Positions 19,474 to 29,742 are shown, counted from the first letter of the stretch. The stretch: 64,000 nt of DNA from Spirochaetia bacterium (GCA_965203515.1 OZ241907.1:1536001-1600000), one strand, 5' to 3'. Notes: generated by a model not told the origin, from the sequence alone. Program-made: numbers and translations.

Positions 19474-21010
19474 CGATGGACCGACGAAGTCACCAGACAG
19501 GAGGGCCGCTGATTCAAGACAGGCGGCGGATGACCGCGCTGATGCCGGTCTACGAGGCGAGCGGGTGTGAGTGGCGACCGCCATCCCAGGATCGAGGTCG
19601 TCGCCCGGCACCCCGGCCTTACCGCCGCATTCGCAAGCGAAGCGACCGAGGGGGTAGCGCAACCACCCGAGTACACCTTATTCTGCCCCTCAACCTGTCC
19701 AACCAACCAGGACCACCTCAATTGAGGATGAAGCGAAACGGTCTCCCGCGTCTGTTGTCACTGCGGCCGATATAGGTGCAGACGAACGGCGCCGGCGCCC
19801 GCTTCTCCTGCGCGTACCACGGCGTTCGATGCCGGCAGATGTGACTCTCGGCAATACCGTGCGCTCTGCCCGCCTCGAGATAGGACCAGAGCCGCGGATG
19901 CCGATCCCTGATCTCCTCCGCTCCCCACCGGCAGTCGAGCAGAAAGAGCCGCCGGTCCAGCAGGGGGTTTCCCCGGTCGTCCGCCGTCACTTCGTCGTCC
20001 GCAAGGTAGCGCGGACTCGGCAGGATCGGCCGAAACGGCTCCGGCGGCAGGCCGCGCCGTTCGATCTCCGCCGCCGGCAGGATGAAGAACCGGTTGCCGC
20101 CGGTGGCTATCCCGCGCCGTATCTCGAAGAAGTCGCCGAGCACCGGGCCAGCAACCGGCGCCTCGTGCTCCTCCATCGGAAACCGAGTCCACTTCGCAGC
20201 GCGCCGCAAGGCCGCGACCGGCACCGGACGATCTACCCGCGGCCGATCCAGGGAGCCTCCGAAGGTGAACCGTACCGCGTGCTCCGGGGGCGGCGCCCGG
20301 TTGCTGAACCAGACCACGGCGGAAGAGACCAGTGCATCGCCGAACTGCACGTCGTTCGGATCGAACCGATGGACGTGGCGGAGCGTCACGGTGTCGAGCA
20401 GGTAGCGCTTCATGACCGAGCCGTAGTTCACGTCCATGAACTCGCTCGGCACCAACCAGCCGGCAAGCGCGTCCCCCGCCATCCAGGGATGGCTCAGCGC
20501 CATGAAGTAGCAGTACAACCCGGCGAGGCCGCTGATCTCCATGCCTCCCGTCTGCCGAGCTCGCGCCTTGAGCCGCTGCTTCTCCGCGTTCGGGATATGG
20601 TGATGCCGGACGTACGGCGGGTTGCATATCAACAGGTCGAACCGCTCCTCATCCTGCGGAGGATCGACTCTCGTAAAGTCGTCCAGGCGGACTTCCAAGC
20701 CGCTCGCGTTCCAGAGTCGCGCCGCCGGCGCTCCGTAGTGCCGGTCGATTTCATAGCCGACCGCCGCTTCGATACGACCGCGCGGGAATACGGCGAGCAA
20801 CGCCGAATAGAACGAACCGGTGCCGACGGCCGGATCGATGAATCGCACGGCTCCCGATTTGCCGATACGCTCGTGCGCATAGCGGAGTATGTCCACTGCC
20901 AGCGCCGGCGGCGTGGCGAACTGCCCCATCCGGTTCCGCTCCGCCTGATCCTTCCTGGCGTCCAACTCCCGCTGCAACGCCAACCGGCGCGCTTCCCGGT
21001 CCACGCTCCT

Positions 21011-21754
21011 CTACGAGTCGTCCCGGACCTCGTCGAGGCGCGCGGAGACGCCGCGAAACGCCGCTTCCAGGCCGGCGCGCATCTCCACGGTATGCGGGTT
21101 GAACCGCTGCAGGTCGGCGAAGAGCTGCCAGGGGTCGTTGCAGGTCTGTTCCACGATCGACAGCAGCCGCTGAAAGCCGAGCGGGGCGATGCCGGATTCC
21201 CGCAGGCGCATCTCGGCCAGGACCCGGCCGATGTAGTGGGTCACGCCCTGCGTGAACGCCGCCTCGCGATCGTGCGCGTCCGGCTCCATCACGACCACGT
21301 TCAGCTTCAGCCCGGCGAAGAAGCGCTCCCACCGCGCCAGCGGCTCCGGCTCGATGCGGACCGGACACAACACCATCGGCAGACCGGCGATCGTCACCCG
21401 CCCCGAGTCGGGGCCGAACATCGGATGGGTGCCCAGGATGCGCACGCCGGCCGGCAGCATCTTTTCCATCAGCCGCGCCGGGTGACCCTTCACGGAGCAG
21501 GTGTCCATCACCGTGGCGCCGGCCGGCAGCCGATCTCGAATGCGGCCGAGCACCTGCTCCATGGCCGAGATCGCCACGCACAGGATCAGCACCGGGCACT
21601 GAAGCAGGCGATCTTCGGAGACCGGCTCCACGCCGGCCGGCACGGCCCTGCTGCGCCGGGAATACGCCTTCACGGTCGCGTGACGGGCCAGCCGCTCCGC
21701 CCAGAATCGGCCGAACCGGCCCAGGCCGTAGATGCCGAGCTCGTCGCCGCTCAC
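21011..21754 (-). CDS. tyrA: Prephenate/arogenate dehydrogenase
   Basis: GLGRFG, DTCSVK, GTHPMFGP, HDREAA.TQGVTH. Confidence 0.88.
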   Translation of the reverse strand: MSGDELGIYGLGRFGRFWAERLARHATVKAYSRRSRAVPAGVEPVSEDRLLQCPVLILCVAISAMEQVLGRIRDRLPAGATVMDTCSVKGHPARLMEKMLPAGVRILGTHPMFGPDSGRVTIAGLPMVLCPVRIEPEPLARWERFFAGLKLNVVVMEPDAHDREAAFTQGVTHYIGRVLAEMRLRESGIAPLGFQRLLSIVEQTCNDPWQLFADLQRFNPHTVEMRAGLEAAFRGVSARLDEVRDDS

Positions 21755-22623
21755 GATTCGCCCGTGTCGCGGCGGCGCATCAGCGCCGCGATCCGTTCGC
21801 TGACCGCGACCAGATCATCGGCGCTCAGCGCCTCGGCGCGCACGCCCGCCTCGATCCCCATGCGCTCCATGATCGACAACAGGTCGCGCTTGGCCAACGG
21901 AAACGGCGACGCCCGCAGCAGATTGTTGCGCAGCGTCTTGCGCCGGGCCGAGAACGCGGCCCGCACCAGCGTGAAGAAGACGGCCCGGTCCCGCACCCGG
22001 CCGGCATCGGCCCGCACGTCCATGGTCACCACGCCGGACTGCACCTCCGGCACCGGATAGAACGACCCCGGCTGCAGGTCGCCCTGCCCGGCGACGGCAT
22101 AGAACGCCTGACAGATCGCCGAGAACGAGGAGTACGCGCGCGATCCGGGCGCCGCGCACATCCGTTCGACCACCTCCTTCTGCAGGGTGAACACCATGCG
22201 GCCGACCTGCGGCCCGTGCTCGACCAGCGCCGCCACGATCGCCGCCCCGCTGCTGTACGGCAGGTTGCCGGCCACGCGTTGCGGCGTCCCGTACGCCGCT
22301 GCCGCCTGCTCGCGAGTCTCCAGGAAGTCCCCGGCCACGACCCGCACGCTCGCGCCGGAGAACTCCGACCGCAGGTGCCGGACCAGGCCGTGATCGCTCT
22401 CGAACGCCACGGTGGCGCCGGCCAGCGGATCGATCATCTCCGTCAACGCGCCCAGTCCCGCGCCGATCTCCCAGACCAACTCGCCCGGCTGCGGATCGAG
22501 CAACTCCACGATCTTGCGCCGCGCCCCTCGATTGATCATGAAGTGCTGCCCCCAGCGCTTCTTCAGCGCTATGCCGGCGGCCTCCATCGCTTGCCTGATT
22601 TCGGTCGGCGAGTCGTGATTCAC
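21751..22623 (-). CDS. rsmA: 16S rRNA m6,2A dimethyltransferase
   Basis: KKRWGQHF, EIGAGLGALT, GNLPY, LQKEV, FYPVPEV.S, RRKTLRNNL. Confidence 0.95.
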   Translation of the reverse strand: MNHDSPTEIRQAMEAAGIALKKRWGQHFMINRGARRKIVELLDPQPGELVWEIGAGLGALTEMIDPLAGATVAFESDHGLVRHLRSEFSGASVRVVAGDFLETREQAAAAYGTPQRVAGNLPYSSGAAIVAALVEHGPQVGRMVFTLQKEVVERMCAAPGSRAYSSFSAICQAFYAVAGQGDLQPGSFYPVPEVQSGVVTMDVRADAGRVRDRAVFFTLVRAAFSARRKTLRNNLLRASPFPLAKRDLLSIMERMGIEAGVRAEALSADDLVAVSERIAALMRRRDTGES

Positions 22624-22633
22624 GGATCGTCGG

Positions 22634-23983
22634 TCATAGAGAGATCCCCGGGATGGCGGCGCTGAGCGAGATCCCGGCCTCCAGGATTGTAAACGCCAGA
22701 TCGAGGATCGCGCCAGCGACCTCCCCCGGAACCGTCCAGGAGAGCTGACCCGCCGCCCCCACGCCGATCGCGGCGGCCAGGAAGACCGTCACCGCGGGCA
22801 TCAGCACCGGCGCCAACAGCACCGATCCCGGGTACAGCTCCCCGAACACCGTCAATACCAGGGGCGCCGTGGCGACCTGGGCGCCGATCGAGCAGAGCAC
22901 GGCGCCGCCGGCGTAGCGGAGCGGACCCGGCGGCAGGCGCGCGGCCGCCCGCGCGCCGGCCAGCACGCCGAGCAGCGCCAGGAACGAGAGCTGAAACGAA
23001 AGCTGCGCGGCGGCGCCGGGATCGATCGCCAGCAGGATGAGCGCGGCGAGCGCGATGATCGGCACCGGCCGCCGTTCGCGGTCGGTCACCGCCAACAGCG
23101 ATCCGACCGCGGCCATGATCGCCGCGCGCGCCAGCGCCGGCCCGCCGGTTGCGATCAACGCATAGGCGGCGGCGACCGCAGCGGCGATCGGCGGCCCCGC
23201 GCGGCGCGGCGCGGCGCGCATGAGCACCAGCACGCAGCCGTAGACGATGCCGACGTGCAGGCCGGACAGCGCCAACAGATGGGACGCGCCGGCGCGGCGG
23301 AAGCGCGCGGCGATGTCGGCATCCAGGAGCCGCCGGTCGCCGATCAGCACCGCCGCAGCCAGCCCCGCCGCCGGCCCGGCGCGCGCCATGGCCGCCACGA
23401 TCCGCTCGCGCACCGCCGCGCGGACGCTCCAGAGCGGCGACCGAAATCCCTGCCGCTCGAGCCGTACCGGCCCGCCGACCCGTACCGGGCGGCCGGCCGG
23501 CCGGCCGGCGCGGAGGTCCGGCGGCGCCTCGATCGCCACCGACACCACCTCGCCGCGATGCAGCGACTCGGCGCCGCGCAGAAACATATCCATTCGCACG
23601 TCGGCCGTAGCCCGCAGCGCGCCGCCGCGGCCGGAAGCCCGGAAGACCCGTAGCGACAGGGCGGTGCCGCCTTTCGGCAGCGGCCGGCTGTCGTCGAGCA
23701 CGACGCCGCGCACCACCAGCGGGCCGGGATCGGCGATCCCCAGGTAGGCCGACCGATCCTCCGCCCGCATCCGCACGATCCCGGTCGCGGCCAGCAACGC
23801 ACCGAGCGCGGCGGCCGCCGCGCCGGCGCGCAGCGCCGGCTGCCGGTGCACGGTGCCGCAGGCCCAGAGCACGCCGCCGGCCGCCGCCGCGGCAGCCGCG
23901 ATGCAGAGCGCCAGCGACAGCGCCGCCGGCGCCACGCTCAATCCGGCGGCGGCGACCGCCGCGGCGATGAAGGAGGGACCCAT
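22634..23983 (-). CDS. comEC: ComEC/Rec2 competence membrane protein (no C-terminal MBL domain)
   Basis: GASHLLALSGLHV, RAAIM, SFQLSF. Confidence 0.85.
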   Translation of the reverse strand: MGPSFIAAAVAAAGLSVAPAALSLALCIAAAAAAAGGVLWACGTVHRQPALRAGAAAAALGALLAATGIVRMRAEDRSAYLGIADPGPLVVRGVVLDDSRPLPKGGTALSLRVFRASGRGGALRATADVRMDMFLRGAESLHRGEVVSVAIEAPPDLRAGRPAGRPVRVGGPVRLERQGFRSPLWSVRAAVRERIVAAMARAGPAAGLAAAVLIGDRRLLDADIAARFRRAGASHLLALSGLHVGIVYGCVLVLMRAAPRRAGPPIAAAVAAAYALIATGGPALARAAIMAAVGSLLAVTDRERRPVPIIALAALILLAIDPGAAAQLSFQLSFLALLGVLAGARAAARLPPGPLRYAGGAVLCSIGAQVATAPLVLTVFGELYPGSVLLAPVLMPAVTVFLAAAIGVGAAGQLSWTVPGEVAGAILDLAFTILEAGISLSAAIPGISL

Positions 23984-24082
23984 CTCACCGGGAGAAACCG
24001 CCCCGGCGGGCGCAGCGCTTCAAGTCGCCGGCCGCGCCGTCCGCCGTTCCCGTCAGGGCACGGCATTCCGTATGATGTCGTC

Positions 24083-24778
24083 ATGCACGGAGGCGGCAGG
24101 CCGGCCGAGGGGACCGTCGCCGCGGCGCTCACCCTGGCTCTGGTCTTGGCTCTGGCCGGCTGCTCGGAGCGAACGCAGGGGCCCGACGAGGCCGCTCTCG
24201 CCGGTCCGGCCGACGCCGCCCCGGCAGACGGCCCTGCCGCCGCCGGCTCCGCTGCCGCGCCCGGCTCCCCTGCCACGCGGACGGCGGGCGCCGATGCGGA
24301 AGCCGTGCGGCAGGCGATGGCCAATCTGGGCTTCGAACCGGCGAAGAAGGAGGCGCGGGTCGACTTCGAGCTGGCGGCCATCGACGGCACGCCGCGCACC
24401 CTGGACGACTACGCCGGCAGTTACGTGCTGCTCAACTTCTGGGCGACCTGGTGCGCCCCGTGCCGGATCGAGATGCCGGCGCTGGAGCGGCTCCACCTGC
24501 AGCTTGCGAACCGCGGCCTGCGGGTCGTCGGCGTCGATCTGGGCGAAGCGCCGGCCGAGGTCGAGCGCTTCGTTGCGGAGACCGGCATCACCTTCGAGAT
24601 CGTGATCGACGACGACCTGTCGACCAGCCGCGTCTACGCCGCTCAATCGCTGCCGATGACCTACATCCTGGACCCGGAGGGGACGATCGTCGCGCGGGCT
24701 ATCGGCGTGCGCGACTGGGATTCGGAGGCGATGCGCGCCATGTTCGCGGCGCTGGTCGAGACCGGGCCGGCCGGATGA
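24083..24778 (+). CDS. TlpA/ResA-like thiol-disulfide oxidoreductase lipoprotein
   Basis: LAGC lipobox; LLNFWATWCAPCRIEMP. Confidence 0.9.
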   Translation: MHGGGRPAEGTVAAALTLALVLALAGCSERTQGPDEAALAGPADAAPADGPAAAGSAAAPGSPATRTAGADAEAVRQAMANLGFEPAKKEARVDFELAAIDGTPRTLDDYAGSYVLLNFWATWCAPCRIEMPALERLHLQLANRGLRVVGVDLGEAPAEVERFVAETGITFEIVIDDDLSTSRVYAAQSLPMTYILDPEGTIVARAIGVRDWDSEAMRAMFAALVETGPAG

Positions 24779-24872
24779 GCCGCCGGCGGCTTGCGGCGCG
24801 CGCCGATTCGTAGTATCCGTTGGGCCGACGCCATGAGCCGCCGCTTGGTCCGAGGGACGCCCTCCGTGATGT

Positions 24873-26120
24873 ATGACCTCCAGCGACGCTGACGGCGGCC
24901 GTTCCACCGCCGCTCGCGCCGACCTGTTTCAGAAGTGCCGCGACTATCAGGCATGGTTCGACGCCAAGGTCGAGGAGATCGGCTTCTATCCCTATTTCGC
25001 CGCCATCGAGGAGGTGCGCGGCACCACCGCCGTGATCGACGGCCGCGACCTGCTGATGATCGGCTCCAACAACTACCTCGGCCTGTCGGGGGACCCGCGC
25101 GTCCGGGAGGCGGCGATCGCGGCGGTCAAGCGCTACGGCACGACCTGTTCGGGGTCGCGGTACCTGAACGGCACGCTCACGCTGCACGAGGAGCTGGAGG
25201 CGGACCTGGCCGACTTCGTCGGCAAGCAGGCGGCGCTCTGCTTCACGACCGGCTACCAGACCAACCTGGGAGCGATCTCCGCGCTGCTCGGCAAGAACGA
25301 CCACATCTTCTCCGACCGGTTGAATCACGCATCGGTCATGGACGGCATCTTCCACGCATCCGGTCTGCGGCTCGGCTCGATCAAGACCCACCGGTACGCG
25401 CACAACAGCCCCCGCGACCTGGACCGAGCGCTGAGCGCGGCGCCCGCGGACGCCGGCAAGCTGGTCGCCACCGACGGGGTGTTCAGCATGGAGGGCGACA
25501 TCGTGCGCCTGGACGAGCTGACCGCGGTCGCCCGGCGTCACGGCGCCCGGGTCTACCTCGACGAGGCGCACGCGATCGGCGTGATCGGCGACACCGGCCG
25601 CGGCACCGAAGAACACTTCGGACAGCCGCTCGCCGACCTCGTCATGTGCACCTTCTCCAAGTCGTTCGGCTCGATCGGCGGCTTCGTCGCCGGCGACCGC
25701 GAGATCGTCAACTTCATCAAGCATCACGGCCGTTCGCTGATCTTCAGCGCCAGCATGCCGCCGGCCAACCTGGCGGCGGCGCGGGCGGCGCTGCGGATCA
25801 TGCGCGAGGAGCCGGAGCGCGCGCGCCGGCTGCAACGCACCGCGGCGCGCATGATCCGCGAGTACAAGGCGCTGGGCTTCGACGTCGGCGTGGCCGAAAC
25901 GCCGATCGTCCCCTTGATCATCGGCGACGACTATCTCACCTTCCGGTTCTGGCACGCCCTGTTCCAGGCCGGTATCTACGCCAACCCGGTGGTCAGCCCC
26001 GGCGTGCCGCCCGACAAGGCGCTCATCAGGACCTCCTACATGGCGATCCACACCGATGACGAGATGGACCGGGTGCTGGAGATCGCCGCCGCGGTCGGCC
26101 GGCGCCTGGGCATCATCTGA
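24873..26120 (+). CDS. Alpha-oxoamine synthase family PLP enzyme, serine palmitoyltransferase-like
   Basis: FYPYF, GSNNYLGL, GSRYLNGT, NHAS, DGVFSMEGD, DEAH, TFSKS, IFSAS. Confidence 0.8.
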   Translation: MTSSDADGGRSTAARADLFQKCRDYQAWFDAKVEEIGFYPYFAAIEEVRGTTAVIDGRDLLMIGSNNYLGLSGDPRVREAAIAAVKRYGTTCSGSRYLNGTLTLHEELEADLADFVGKQAALCFTTGYQTNLGAISALLGKNDHIFSDRLNHASVMDGIFHASGLRLGSIKTHRYAHNSPRDLDRALSAAPADAGKLVATDGVFSMEGDIVRLDELTAVARRHGARVYLDEAHAIGVIGDTGRGTEEHFGQPLADLVMCTFSKSFGSIGGFVAGDREIVNFIKHHGRSLIFSASMPPANLAAARAALRIMREEPERARRLQRTAARMIREYKALGFDVGVAETPIVPLIIGDDYLTFRFWHALFQAGIYANPVVSPGVPPDKALIRTSYMAIHTDDEMDRVLEIAAAVGRRLGII

Positions 26121-26122
26121 CC

Positions 26123-26560
26123 GTGAGCCTGCCGGTCGTCACGCGGCTGCTCCCGCATCGGCCCCCGTTCCTGTTCGTGGACCGGCTGGAACGGGCCGAG
26201 CCGGAGCTGATCGTGGGCTACCGGCGGTTCCGGGACGACGAACCGTTCTTCGCCGGCCATTTTCCGTCCTATCGGGTCGTGCCCGGCGTGCTGCTGATCG
26301 AATCTCTGGCCCAGTGCGGCGGCGCCGGCATCGCCGCGCAGAGCGACGACGCCGGGTCGATCCTGTTCCTGGCGACGGTCGAAAAGGCCCGGTTCCGGCG
26401 TCAGGTACGCCCCGGCGATGAGGTGCGCATGGAGATCACCACCATGCGCCGCTCGCGCGCCATGATCCGGCAGAGCGGCAAGGCGTACGTGGGCGACGAG
26501 CTGGCCGCCGAGGCGACCTGGCTCTGCCTGCGCGCACCCGGCGGAACGCCCGCCGGGTGA
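26123..26560 (+). CDS. fabZ: 3-hydroxyacyl-ACP dehydratase
   Basis: LPHRPPFLFVD, FFAGHFP, PGVLLIESLAQ, FRRQVRPGD. Confidence 0.92.
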   Translation: MSLPVVTRLLPHRPPFLFVDRLERAEPELIVGYRRFRDDEPFFAGHFPSYRVVPGVLLIESLAQCGGAGIAAQSDDAGSILFLATVEKARFRRQVRPGDEVRMEITTMRRSRAMIRQSGKAYVGDELAAEATWLCLRAPGGTPAG

Positions 26561-26655
26561 CCGACCCGCCCTGCCGGGCGACTCCCCGCCGGGTGACCGA
26601 CCCGCGCGATCGTCCTGCGGGCGGCCGAATGCCTGCGGTCGACCCAGGTCGGCGG

Positions 26656-27222
26656 TCAGCCGAAGGTCAGCTCGATGCTCTTGAAGAACCGGTGGACCGT
26701 GCGCACCGAGTCGCGCCTGCCGTACGCCAGGATCATCGGGAACGCGCCGTCGTCGCCGGCGGTCTCCCGCACGAACGCGGCCGGCAGCGCCGCCTCCAGC
26801 GTGGTGGTCCCGTCGCGCTCGCGCACCGCGTGGGCGCTCGCGACCGCCACCGCGTCACTGACGTCGCGGTGCCGGTGACCGGAGCCTTCCTGCTCCGCAA
26901 AGAACACGGCGCCGTCGCGGTCGACGAAGCTGAACAGGATGCGCGCCCCGTCCATCACGTCCGAGCCGAAGCCGACCCCTACCCAGCCGGCGGTCGAAGC
27001 GGCGGCGGCCACGTACAGCGTGTCGCCGGCGAGCGCCACGCCGATGGCGATGCCGTCGTAGCGCAAGTCCAGCCGGTACTCCCCCTCGGAGAAGATGCCG
27101 TCGACGACCGGCGCCGCCTCCTGCGCCGTGACGACGCCCGCCGACCTCCCGCCGCGATCGGGGGCCTGCCCGGCGGCGACCGCCGCGACGGCCGCCAGCA
27201 GCCACGCCACCTTCCAGCGCAT
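26656..27222 (-). CDS. Secreted DOMON-domain protein
   Basis: Signal peptide MRWKVAWLLAAVAAVAAG; GWVGVGFG...MDGA DOMON motif. Confidence 0.7.
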   Translation of the reverse strand: MRWKVAWLLAAVAAVAAGQAPDRGGRSAGVVTAQEAAPVVDGIFSEGEYRLDLRYDGIAIGVALAGDTLYVAAAASTAGWVGVGFGSDVMDGARILFSFVDRDGAVFFAEQEGSGHRHRDVSDAVAVASAHAVRERDGTTTLEAALPAAFVRETAGDDGAFPMILAYGRRDSVRTVHRFFKSIELTFG

Positions 27223-27284
27223 GGCGCGATGCATAGCGCAGTCCGGCGCCGCGCGCAACCGGCAGCGCCGCCGCGCAGACCGCC

Positions 27285-28454
27285 GTGGCTCCCGTAATCG
27301 TCTACCTCACCGGCTACCGGCAGCATGCCGGCAAGACCGTGACCAGCCTCGGCATCATCTCCCAGCTCCGGCGCGTGCTGGATCCGTCCACGATCGGCTA
27401 CGTCAAGCCGGTCGGTCAGGATGTCTCCACGCTGCGCGACGGCGTGCAGGTCGACAAGGACGTGCAGCTCCTGTCGGTGTTCAGTTCCCTGCCCGGATTC
27501 GAGCCGCGGCACCTGTCACCGGTGCGCTTCACCTCCGGGTTCACCCGCAACTACCTGGAGTCCGGGGATCCGCAGGCGCTGACCCGGACCCTGCAGCGCC
27601 GCATTCAGGAGTCGGTGGCGTCGCTCGCCGACAAGAAGGTGATCATCGCCGAAGGCTCGGGTCATCCGGGCGTGGGCGCCATCGTCGGTCTGTCCAACGC
27701 CGACGTCGGCAACATGCTCGGTGCGGAGATCGTCTTTCTGTCGGAGGGCGGCATCGGCCGCGCCATCGACACGCTCGAAATCTACATGTCGTACTTCCTG
27801 CACAAGGGGTGCCGCGTGCGCGGCGTCATCTTCAACCGGCTGATCCCGGACAAGATCCCCACCCTGCAGCGCTATCTCACCGAGGAGATGCTCAACGACC
27901 GGTATCCCGGGTTCGGCGGCGGCCTGCACGTCCTCGGCTTCATTCCGGCGGTGCAGGACCTGCCGCAGCCGTCGATGGATCTGGTGCTCGACTCGTTGCG
28001 CCATGCGGAGGCGATCGGCGACCCCCGCCACCCCACCTGGCAACGCCCGTGCCGGACGATCCGCGTGATCTCGCTCCCCGCGCAGTTCCTGCGGCCCGCG
28101 CAGGCGATCCGGCGGCGCGATCTGGTCGTCATCAGCGCCAACTCCACGCCGCGCATCCGCAGCATCCTGGCCTACCATCGACAGCTCGGCGCGACGCGCG
28201 GCATCGGCGGGCTGGTGCTGACCTGCGATGAAGGCGAGTCGCTGGCCCCCGAGCTGCGCGCCGACATCGTCGGCGCCGGGCTGCCGGCGGTGCTGATACG
28301 GGGCGACTCGGCCGCCACCGAAGCCCGCCTGTTCGGACTCTACGAGAGCACCAAGCTGCAGGTCTACGACGTCGACAAGGTGCGGGAGGTTGAGGAGGTG
28401 TTCAGCGCCTCGTTCGACGTCTACCGATTTCTGGACGTCTTCGGCATCAGCTAG
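27285..28454 (+). CDS. BioD-like P-loop (AAA_26)/DRTGG protein resembling the phosphotransacetylase N-terminal region
   Basis: QHAGKT, GYVKPVGQ, IAEGSGHPGVG, GGIGRAID, GVIFN. Confidence 0.75.
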   Translation: MAPVIVYLTGYRQHAGKTVTSLGIISQLRRVLDPSTIGYVKPVGQDVSTLRDGVQVDKDVQLLSVFSSLPGFEPRHLSPVRFTSGFTRNYLESGDPQALTRTLQRRIQESVASLADKKVIIAEGSGHPGVGAIVGLSNADVGNMLGAEIVFLSEGGIGRAIDTLEIYMSYFLHKGCRVRGVIFNRLIPDKIPTLQRYLTEEMLNDRYPGFGGGLHVLGFIPAVQDLPQPSMDLVLDSLRHAEAIGDPRHPTWQRPCRTIRVISLPAQFLRPAQAIRRRDLVVISANSTPRIRSILAYHRQLGATRGIGGLVLTCDEGESLAPELRADIVGAGLPAVLIRGDSAATEARLFGLYESTKLQVYDVDKVREVEEVFSASFDVYRFLDVFGIS

Positions 28455-29742
28455 CGCCCGCCTCACCGCCCGCCGCGATGCGGCCGCCCGCATCACCCAC
28501 GATGCGGCCTGCCCTCATCACCAGCACCGGCGCGTTCGGCGGGCGCAACAGGGTGACGTCGCCGCGCGGGTCGCCGGCGACCGCGATCAGGTCCGCGCAC
28601 TTCCCCGGCTCGATCGACCCGACGCGCGCGTCGAGCCCCAGGGCGCGCGCGCCGCATGCGGTGGAGAGCTCGATCGCCCGCATCGGCGTCACGCCGGCGT
28701 GGCGCACGATCATCTCCAGCTCGGCGGCGTTGTCGCCGTGCGGGGTCAGATCGCGGATGCCGCAGTCGGACCCCAGCGCCACCGGCACGCCGCGGTCGAG
28801 CGCGTCGCGGACCACCTGCGGATACCGTTCCATCAGCCGCCGCGACGGCTCCGCCACGTCTGCGGAATAGCCGGCCTGCAGGGAGATCTCCGCCTGCGCG
28901 ACGTAGGGGAACAGGGTGCAGATCAGGTAGACGCCCCGCTCGGCCATCAAGTCGAGACAGCGGTCATCGGCAAGGCAGCCGTGCTCGATGGTGTCGACCC
29001 CGGCTTCGATCGCGTTGCGGATCGCCTGCGGGGCGACCGCGTGCGCGGCGACCCGGCACTCCTGGTTATGCGCCTCCTCGCACGCCGCGCGCATCTCCGC
29101 CACGGTCAGCTCCGGTCCGCCCTGCGCGGTGGCGGTTCCGCCGGCGCGCCCCGCCATCAGCTTGATGACGTCGGCGCCCGCCTTGAGTTGCCTGCGCGCC
29201 GCGCGCCGCACCGAGTCGGGCCCGTCGACCTCGACGAATCCGCCCATGTCCCAGCCGTGGCCGCCGCTCATGACGATGCCGCCGGCGCTGGCAAGGACGC
29301 GCGGCCCGTCGGTGAACCCCAGCCGGATCGCTTCGCGCACCGCCACGTCGCCGGCCTGCACGGCGCCGCCCACGTCGCGGACCGTGGTGTAGCCGGCGGC
29401 CAGCGTGCGGCGCGCGAAGCAGGCGCCGGCCAGCACGTCGCGGGCCACGCCGGGTATCGCCGCGTCGGTGCCGGCCTCCCGCTCGGTCGGGACCGCCCCC
29501 GGCTCGCGCCAGCGGTTGGACTCGCCGACGGCGTTGCCCTTGCACAGGTGGACGTGGCAGTCGATGAGCCCCGGCAACAGCGTGCCGCCGGCCAGGTCGA
29601 CGGTCCGGTCCGGCGGCGGCCGGCCGGCGACCGCCGCCGGTCCCAGCGCGGCGATGCGGTCACCGTCGACCAGCACGTCGGTCGCCGGATGGAATCCGCC
29701 GACCCCGTCGATCACGTCGGCGCCGCGCAGGAGCGTGGTCAT
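28447..29742 (-). CDS. Metal-dependent amidohydrolase (Xaa-Pro dipeptidase-like)
   Basis: PGLIDCHVH, GYTTVRD, GADVIK, AHA, IEHG, GSD, GKCADL. Confidence 0.88.
   Translation of the reverse strand: MTTLLRGADVIDGVGGFHPATDVLVDGDRIAALGPAAVAGRPPPDRTVDLAGGTLLPGLIDCHVHLCKGNAVGESNRWREPGAVPTEREAGTDAAIPGVARDVLAGACFARRTLAAGYTTVRDVGGAVQAGDVAVREAIRLGFTDGPRVLASAGGIVMSGGHGWDMGGFVEVDGPDSVRRAARRQLKAGADVIKLMAGRAGGTATAQGGPELTVAEMRAACEEAHNQECRVAAHAVAPQAIRNAIEAGVDTIEHGCLADDRCLDLMAERGVYLICTLFPYVAQAEISLQAGYSADVAEPSRRLMERYPQVVRDALDRGVPVALGSDCGIRDLTPHGDNAAELEMIVRHAGVTPMRAIELSTACGARALGLDARVGSIEPGKCADLIAVAGDPRGDVTLLRPPNAPVLVMRAGRIVGDAGGRIAAGGEAGAS

Larger units (their letters stand above)
18268..19720 (+). mobile_element. 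IS3-family insertion sequence, 1453 bp
   Basis: Ends TG...CA; 30-bp imperfect IRs TGAGGTGGTCCT-N7-TGGACAGGTTG; 3-bp ATT target duplication (18265-18267 and 19721-19723). Confidence 0.95.
17935..21004 (-). pseudogene. Type II N6-adenine DNA methyltransferase (Eco57I/TaqI-like gamma class) interrupted by an IS3 element
   Basis: N part 21004-19721 has GQFATP, DPAVGTG and NPPY. Removing the IS and one ATT joins ...PFRFILN|HSRATASNVYLMLYPK...YGGGLHKLEPKEL in frame (537 aa). Confidence 0.9.

Noticed and set aside
19474..19720. Passenger gene in the 3' part of the IS3
   Set aside because: The short ORF has no recognisable motif and runs into the inverted repeat; treated as non-coding IS tail.
15821..21004. 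tRNA-Lys-anchored integrative island or prophage
   Set aside because: No integrase and no duplicated tRNA 3' end found; the HNH/MTase block lies on the 5' side of the tRNA, beyond bactofilin.
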